DNA of 64,000 nucleotides from a bacterium. GTDB lineage: Bacteria; Hydrothermota; Tepidihabitantia; Tepidihabitantales; Tepidihabitantaceae. The translations under genes were made by a program, and so were the position numbers. The stretch covers positions 208,038 through 272,037 of the forward strand of contig JBAMLV010000018.1 of assembly GCA_039793395.1 (NCBI GenBank), given 5' to 3'. Within the stretch, counting starts at the first letter, position 1. Every line of letters begins with the position of its first letter. Below, piece by piece: positions 59,402 through 64,000 of this stretch. A model generated the notes under the pieces. It worked only from the letters and a program-made list of their open reading frames with translations. It had not been told where the DNA came from and ran no database searches.

Positions 59402-60498
59402 CTTGAAAACCGGTCTGAGGGGGGTAGAACATAATGGATTTTCAATCTTGGTGCTGCACTGCCGGAGCGCAGGATTTTCAGCCGGAACGGTCGCTGCCAT
59501 TCTGGTTCCGCGGTGAGGAGAAATCCGTAATTGGGGCTGGAGTCGGAGTGCGAAATCCATTGCTGCACCAGCCGGGAGATTTCAAAGGTAACGGTGGTGT
59601 CGGCTTCGGGCCGGCAGGTGGCGAGGGCGCTGGCATTTTCCTCATAACCGGCATAACGGGTGCGGAGGGGATAGGATTCGGTCAGGCGGTGGATTCCCAG
59701 ATGGATGGTGTCGGTTCTTCGGTACAGGGTCTGGGGAATAAAGGAAAGTTCCGCCCGGATGATGGTCGCCCGGGCAGGCAGGGTGTCAAGGTTGAATTTC
59801 AGATAGGTGCGGAATGCAAAGCTGGAACCGACCAGCAGGTCGCCGGGGCTGGTCCGGATATGGCTGGAATCAACAATGTGGGCATCACCGCTGGGATAGA
59901 ATACCCGCTCCCTGCCGTTGAGATAGGTGAGGACCAGACGCGGTCCGGCACGGGCATCGGTCATATTGGTGACGGCACAGAAACCGGTATCACCCGGGAT
60001 GAGGACAATGCCGAATGACTGGCGGACAAGCAGGTTCAGATAACCGCGGTCCAGTTCTACGACCGTAGACTCCTTTGCCAGCCTACCGGTTCCAAGTGTG
60101 AATTCCCAGAGGTCACCTCCGGGAGTGAACCAGCGGGTGGCAGAGTCGGCGAGCACCCAGGTTACGGCACCGGTATTCCAGTCGGTGGAGCAGGCATGGA
60201 TAACAAAATCAACGCTTATGCTATCAATCGGATGGAGGACCAGCCGGATTGAGCGGACCGAATCCAGGGCGCTGTCTTTAAGCGGAAACTTGATCAAAAT
60301 CCGGGACTCGTACTGCCCATCCCGGCCGAGAATCAGGTAGTCGGCATAACCAAGGGGAATGTATCGGCCATAGGAGTCCAGACTTTCGGGCAGGAGTTCC
60401 AGGGTTCCGGTTTCCGGCAGATTGGTCAGCTGGTCAAAGCCGACCGGCAGGGTGTTGCAGGCGAGAAAAAGCAGAACTGTAATCCCGAGGGTTCGCAT
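59398..60498 (-). CDS. lipoprotein with two repeated beta-sandwich-like halves (DNRLRE-like?)
   Basis: 366 aa. Lipobox LFLAC. Internal repeat signalled by ILIKFPLKD..SIRLVLHP and RTYLKFNLDTLPARATIIRAELSF. ATGA-type overlaps with both neighbours. Confidence 0.6.
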   Translation of the reverse strand: MRTLGITVLLFLACNTLPVGFDQLTNLPETGTLELLPESLDSYGRYIPLGYADYLILGRDGQYESRILIKFPLKDSALDSVRSIRLVLHPIDSISVDFVIHACSTDWNTGAVTWVLADSATRWFTPGGDLWEFTLGTGRLAKESTVVELDRGYLNLLVRQSFGIVLIPGDTGFCAVTNMTDARAGPRLVLTYLNGRERVFYPSGDAHIVDSSHIRTSPGDLLVGSSFAFRTYLKFNLDTLPARATIIRAELSFIPQTLYRRTDTIHLGIHRLTESYPLRTRYAGYEENASALATCRPEADTTVTFEISRLVQQWISHSDSSPNYGFLLTAEPEWQRPFRLKILRSGSAAPRLKIHYVLPPSDRFSR

Positions 60499-61493
60499 CA
60501 GTCTGCCGGTTGAGTTGTAAATGCCTGAAAGAGGTGCTGGAAAAGGTTGTCCTGGACCGCCTGATAAGCGGTCCGGATTGCGTTTTTCAGCGCCTGCGGG
60601 GTGGAGCGGCCATGGGCAACAACCACATTTCCCTGAACTCCGAGCATCAGCGCCCCACCGTGCTCCTGATAGTCCATCCGGCTGATGAATTCCTCCAGCA
60701 CCGGTTTGGAAAACCAGCGCCGGAGCCGGTATTTTGACTCCGACTCGTAATACTCGGCAAGCAGCTGGCGCAGAATTTCGCCCAGCCCTTCGCCGTATTT
60801 CAGCAGGACATTACCAACAAAGCCGTCACAGACCACCACATCCACCCGACCGGTCAGAATATCATTGCCCTCAACATTGCCGATGAAGTTCAGACCGCTT
60901 TCCTTCAGCAGCTGGTAGGCGGCGATGGTCAGCTCGTTTCCCTTGATCTCCTCCTGACCGATATTAAGCAGCCCAACCGTGGGGTTTGCCTTGCGGAAAA
61001 AGAAGCTGGCGGCAGTTGCCCCCATAATGGCAAACTGCAGTAGTTGAAAGGGCTTGGTGTCAACATTGGCGCCGACATCAAGCACCAGCGTGCTGCCCTT
61101 GATGCGCGGAAACAGGACGGCCAGCGTCGGTCGGTGCACACCCGGGATGGCACCGAGGGTGGTCAGGGCAAAAGCCATTACCGCACCGGTGTTGCCAGCA
61201 CTGACAACCGCATCCACCTTCCCCTGACGGTGGAGTTCCATACAGATAGCGATTGAAGAGTTGCGTTTCTTTTTGACCGCTTCCGGTGCGGGTTCATGCA
61301 TCCCAACAACTTCCGGCGCAGGGACAAACTCAATCCGCTCTTCTGCCGGTACCGGTGGAAGGGTTCGGAGAATTTCCTGGCGCCCGACAACCACCAGATT
61401 GAGGTCGGTAATTTCGCTCAGGGTCAGCCCTACCGCTTCCAGTTCGGCCCGGGGGGCATTGTCCGAGCCCATCATATCAATCGCAATCTTCAC
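60498..61493 (-). CDS. plsX: phosphate acyltransferase PlsX
   Basis: 331 aa, MKIAIDMMGSDNAP N-terminus and conserved GNTGA / CDGFVGN motifs. Directly follows rpmF. Confidence 0.95.
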   Translation of the reverse strand: MKIAIDMMGSDNAPRAELEAVGLTLSEITDLNLVVVGRQEILRTLPPVPAEERIEFVPAPEVVGMHEPAPEAVKKKRNSSIAICMELHRQGKVDAVVSAGNTGAVMAFALTTLGAIPGVHRPTLAVLFPRIKGSTLVLDVGANVDTKPFQLLQFAIMGATAASFFFRKANPTVGLLNIGQEEIKGNELTIAAYQLLKESGLNFIGNVEGNDILTGRVDVVVCDGFVGNVLLKYGEGLGEILRQLLAEYYESESKYRLRRWFSKPVLEEFISRMDYQEHGGALMLGVQGNVVVAHGRSTPQALKNAIRTAYQAVQDNLFQHLFQAFTTQPAD

Positions 61494-61679
61494 TTACTTC
61501 TTTTCTTCAATTGTCAGCACCGGTTTGCCCGCATAATAACCGCAATGCGGGCAGACCCGATGGGGCATTTTCGGTTCGTGGCAGTGCGGACAGTCAACCA
61601 GCGTCGGTGGCGTCAGTTTCCAGTGGGTCCGACGTTTCCTGCCCCGCTGCCGTGAGTGACGCCGTTTAGGTAAAGGCAT
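61494..61679 (-). CDS. rpmF: 50S ribosomal protein L32 (zinc-ribbon form)
   Basis: 61 aa, MPLPKRRHSRQRGRKRRTHWKL..CPHCHEPKMPHRVCPHCGYY. Confidence 0.95.
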   Translation of the reverse strand: MPLPKRRHSRQRGRKRRTHWKLTPPTLVDCPHCHEPKMPHRVCPHCGYYAGKPVLTIEEKK

Positions 61680-61722
61680 TGATGTCCTCCAAATTTAAAT
61701 AATTACCAGCCGATTTGTTTCC

Positions 61723-61750
61723 ATATTAGCCAATTCTGTTTTGCAGTCAA
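61723..61750 (-). promoter_or_regulatory. sigma70-type promoter TTGACT-N16-TAATAT for rpmF-plsX operon
   Basis: Minus strand: -35 at 61750-61745, -10 at 61728-61723. A ~35 nt leader with a GGAGG SD precedes the rpmF ATG. Confidence 0.55.
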
Positions 61751-61760
61751 TAATTGACTG
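61744..61760. repeat. 17 nt perfect palindrome CAGTCAAT-A-ATTGACTG containing the rpmF -35 box
   Basis: Read directly from the sequence. Two 8 nt arms around a single central A place TTGACTG on both strands. Confidence 0.8.
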
Positions 61761-61761
61761 T

Positions 61762-62103
61762 TCAGCGCGGTGGTGGGGAAGGTGGCTGAAGGTCAAGTTC
61801 AACCGCAAAGTTTTCCTGCGGGTTTACGGTTTCAATCCGGAGCAGACCGGCGTTCACGAGATTGGCGACCAGCTGGCCGATGTCGGCGCCGGAGCTGATA
61901 CCCCAGGACTTCAGGACCACGCTGGCCAGCAGACCATAGCGGTCAACGACAATTTGCCGGATGGCGGCCAGCAGTTCCCGGGCGGTGATATTCAGGTTCC
62001 GGCCGGTCTGCTGATAGGCAAGCTGAAGCCCGTCGTTAATCAGCAGATAGGCGTCCAGCGAATACCGGGGGTCATTTTTCAGCAGGTCATAAAGCAGAAT
62101 CAC
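61762..62103 (-). CDS. conserved hypothetical protein (resembles the Minf_1886-type family)
   Basis: 113 aa, GTG start. The pattern DPRYSLDAYLLI..ELLAAIRQIVVDRYGLLASVVLKSWGISSGADIGQLVANLVNAGLL resembles that small conserved family as I remember it. Confidence 0.55.
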   Translation of the reverse strand: MILLYDLLKNDPRYSLDAYLLINDGLQLAYQQTGRNLNITARELLAAIRQIVVDRYGLLASVVLKSWGISSGADIGQLVANLVNAGLLRIETVNPQENFAVELDLQPPSPPPR

Positions 62104-62154
62104 GCACCGGTATTTTAAAATATTTTTTACCTCAAGGCAAATCGGTCAGTGTTC

Positions 62155-62183
62155 TTGACATCAAGGGCGGCAGGATTTATGAT
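62155..62183 (+). promoter_or_regulatory. sigma70-type promoter TTGACA-N17-TATGAT for the DUF4177-like gene
   Basis: -35 at 62155-62160, -10 at 62178-62183, followed by SD AAAGGAG and ATG 62203. Confidence 0.5.
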
Positions 62184-62202
62184 TGAGTAAAAAGGAGTAA
62201 AA

Positions 62203-62448
62203 ATGACAAAATGGGAGTACAAGTTTCTGCAGATTGATATTCATATGAGCCCGGTGCTGAAGATGGCACGCTGGGGGGTGCAGGTACCGGGGGAGAAGAA
62301 AGCCCGGGACACGATGGAAGGGGTGGAGGCCTATGTTAATGACCTGGGCCGGGAGGGCTGGGAGCTGGTGATGGGGGTGAACGGCACGGACCACAGCGGC
62401 ATTATCACCAAGGCGGTGCTTTTTTTCAAGCGCCCGGTCCGGGAATGA
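62203..62448 (+). CDS. DUF4177-like small protein
   Basis: 81 aa. MTKWEYKFLQI.. N-terminus and a GWELV core, as in DUF4177-type proteins. Confidence 0.6.
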   Translation: MTKWEYKFLQIDIHMSPVLKMARWGVQVPGEKKARDTMEGVEAYVNDLGREGWELVMGVNGTDHSGIITKAVLFFKRPVRE

Positions 62449-62495
62449 GCCGGTTGCCGCGTCTTTGGTCCAGCGGTAAGGTAGCCGCACATAAT

Positions 62496-62524
62496 TTGAC
62501 ACCCAACCGGTTTTTAAGGATAAT
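62496..62524 (+). promoter_or_regulatory. sigma70-type promoter TTGACA-N17-GATAAT for the CvpA-like gene
   Basis: -35 at 62496-62501, -10 at 62519-62524. ATG 62539 lies 14 nt after the -10 with no SD. Confidence 0.45.
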
Positions 62525-62538
62525 CAAGATGGGTAGAT

Positions 62539-63030
62539 ATGCGGTTTAACTGGGTTGATGTGCTGGCAATCGGAGCGGTGGCATCGGTGGCAGCGGTGCA
62601 GCTTTTGCGCGCCACCCGTGATTTTTCCCAGGTTTTTTACGAGACCGTTTTTATGGTCCTGGCGGTGGTCGGTGCCGTGCGGTTTTTTATACCGGTGAGT
62701 CAGCGGCTGAACCTCAATCCGGCGCTGGCACTGGGGATGCTGTTTGTGCTTCTCTTGGTGCTCGGGCTGCTGTTCGCCACATTCATCAATCAGGGGCTGG
62801 GGTTCAGTCTGGGCGGTTTTGACTATCTTTTCGGACTGCTGCTCGGGATTGTCTGCGGTTTTGTGTTCGGTCACGCGCTGCTGAGGACAATAATGCTGGC
62901 AACAATGGAACGGCACGCCGAAGTGGTGGCCGCGGTGCGTCGTTCCTGGATGGCAAGTCAGGTGCTTTATTTTGGTGCCTTCCGCGAACTACTCGGGATT
63001 TTAAGAATCGCCCGTTACAATAATATCTAA
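62539..63030 (+). CDS. CvpA-family small integral membrane protein
   Basis: 163 aa. Four predicted TM helices starting MRFNWVDVLAIGAVA, the CvpA-like size and topology. Confidence 0.55.
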   Translation: MRFNWVDVLAIGAVASVAAVQLLRATRDFSQVFYETVFMVLAVVGAVRFFIPVSQRLNLNPALALGMLFVLLLVLGLLFATFINQGLGFSLGGFDYLFGLLLGIVCGFVFGHALLRTIMLATMERHAEVVAAVRRSWMASQVLYFGAFRELLGILRIARYNNI

Positions 63031-64000
63031 CCGACCGTCAGTTCGGTTAATAGCCAGGGCAGGGTGGCAGAACCGGTTGTCCTGGTCTCCTGACTTACCT
63101 TGGTGATTCGGCGCATTGCCTCGAGGGCGTTGCCCCGGATTGTCCAGCGGCCGGCCTGGGGCAGTTGGGCAAGTTCGCCGTTGCGGATGATCCGGCCAAA
63201 GTAGAGGGCGTTGGCAAAGTCGCCGGTCGTGCGGTTGGCGGTGTGGAAGCCGAGCAGGACTTTGATTAGCAGTCCGTGGTCAATGCCGCGGATTATTTCA
63301 GCCCGAGGCGTGCTACCCGGGGCGATGAAGATGTCATTGATGGTGCAGCGGACCGGCGCCTCATGCTCCTCTTCAATCAGGACCGGACGGCGTCGGCCGT
63401 TGCCGGTGGATTGAACTCCGTCCCGGAAGGCAGTGATCCGGTCGTAGAGGAACTTTTTCAGCACCCCGTTTTGAATGATGAGATTTTTCTGTGCCGGTGT
63501 GCCTTCATCATCCACTGGAAAGGTGGTTTCACCAAATGGGGCGGTGGAGTCGTCATAGAGGGTGATTAAACTGGACATTACCGGCTGGTTCAGGCAATAC
63601 TTTGACATCCCCTGCTGCACCGTGGCGGCATAGAGGTGCTCGGCAACCAGGCGGCGGAGCAGTTCTTCGGTGAAGACCGGGTCAAGAATCACCGGCACGG
63701 TTTTGCCTTTCATTTGTTCATTTTCCGGGGTGGTTTCGGCACCGGGCAGGTTCCGGGCAACATTTTCACCGATGGCGGCAACCGTTTCCAGTTCGGGCAG
63801 TTTCCTGCCGGCGACAAAGTCAAAATCCTGGCTGTTAATTTCGGCAAAGGCGGAGAAGGTGGTTCGTTCGGCAATCACCGGCTGCGGGCTGTGCATGGTC
63901 GTGACCAGCCGGGTTTCCCAGCCGAGTTGAATTATCCCTTCCAGGGTGGTGATTCTGCCGGTATCATATCCGCGCTGGACCAGTTCGGCAGCCAGTTTTT
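63027..64000 (-). CDS. TldD/PmbA family metalloprotease, C-terminal part (5' end outside window)
   Basis: The frame stays open upstream of the track ATG (63896) to the window edge (..KLAAELVQRGYDTGRITTLEGIIQLGWETRLVTTMHSPQ..). The C-terminal region (GDFANALYFGRIIRNGEL) is typical of TldD/PmbA. Confidence 0.82.
   Translation of the reverse strand, partial: KLAAELVQRGYDTGRITTLEGIIQLGWETRLVTTMHSPQPVIAERTTFSAFAEINSQDFDFVAGRKLPELETVAAIGENVARNLPGAETTPENEQMKGKTVPVILDPVFTEELLRRLVAEHLYAATVQQGMSKYCLNQPVMSSLITLYDDSTAPFGETTFPVDDEGTPAQKNLIIQNGVLKKFLYDRITAFRDGVQSTGNGRRRPVLIEEEHEAPVRCTINDIFIAPGSTPRAEIIRGIDHGLLIKVLLGFHTANRTTGDFANALYFGRIIRNGELAQLPQAGRWTIRGNALEAMRRITKVSQETRTTGSATLPWLLTELTVG

Noticed and set aside
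59402-59560. 53 aa N-terminal extension of the OMP gene, and the similar 18 aa extension of the cyclophilin gene (58227-58280).
   Set aside because: Both extensions overlap upstream genes. The internal ATGs are followed by clean signal peptides, and the cyclophilin ATG has a strong SD.
62461-62490. GTCTTTGGTCCAGCGGTAAGGTAGCCGC resembles a tRNA D-arm.
   Set aside because: No anticodon stem, T-arm or acceptor pairing can be built around it. It is probably a chance similarity in the cvpA-like upstream region.

Overview
This is a 64 kb, fairly GC-rich chromosomal segment that consists almost entirely of tightly packed housekeeping operons. I found no rRNA, CRISPR array, transposase, integrase or phage genes. 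The gene content points to an anaerobic diderm bacterium. The evidence is Lpt and Mla envelope systems, beta-barrel outer-membrane proteins, a rubrerythrin/desulfoferrodoxin/flavodiiron O2-detoxification island, and secreted peptidases with T9SS-type C-terminal sorting domains. Placement in an uncultured FCB-like lineage is inference only.

Order of features:
- adk(partial)-map-infA-rpmJ
- pyrG, LpxL-like acyltransferase, lptC/A-like, lptB, rpoN, selB, selD, MscS
- (minus strand) trkH-trkA-HAMP/PAS sensor, then MFS transporter
- MBL hydrolase, CoA-transferase::GNAT fusion, ADP-forming acyl-CoA synthetase
- tRNA-Ala
- lipoprotein, orphan HerA-like ATPase
- mlaEFD
- rbr-tpx-Dx/Rd fusion-dfx-ftn-fprA-hrb
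- (minus strand) tRNA-Leu-tig-clpP-clpX
- PKD lipoprotein, M14 peptidase, dCMP deaminase
- ptsH-ptsI-PGI/PMI-NDP-sugar transferase-tgt-amino-acid-binding protein
- (minus strand) M16 pair, M14 paralog, JAB/MPN protein
- pcm, tRNA-Pro, hpt-ade-LOG-like-ALDH-methyltransferase-mtnA
- (minus strand) rpmF-plsX-lipoprotein-OMP-cyclophilin
- small conserved hypotheticals, CvpA-like protein, TldD/PmbA (partial)

I did not find a convincing self-contained novel multi-gene system such as a defence island or mobile element. The observations most worth a second look are:
1. selD is itself a selenoprotein, with an in-frame UGA that the ORF track truncates.
2. The Pat-type acetyltransferase architecture is rewired: a GNAT fused to a CoA-transferase is translationally coupled to a separate ACS-like gene.
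3. A very regular TTGACT-N16-TAnnAT promoter grammar places several start codons at the predicted transcription start, implying leaderless mRNAs.
4. A small desulforedoxin/rubredoxin-like fusion protein sits next to dfx.
5. A stand-alone HerA-like ATPase and a stand-alone JAB/MPN protein each have no visible partner.
6. An hpt-ade-LOG-like cluster suggests an AMP-to-IMP salvage route.
7. A roughly 400 nt stretch next to tRNA-Ala remains unexplained.

All family calls rest on motifs I recognise by eye. No database search was run.
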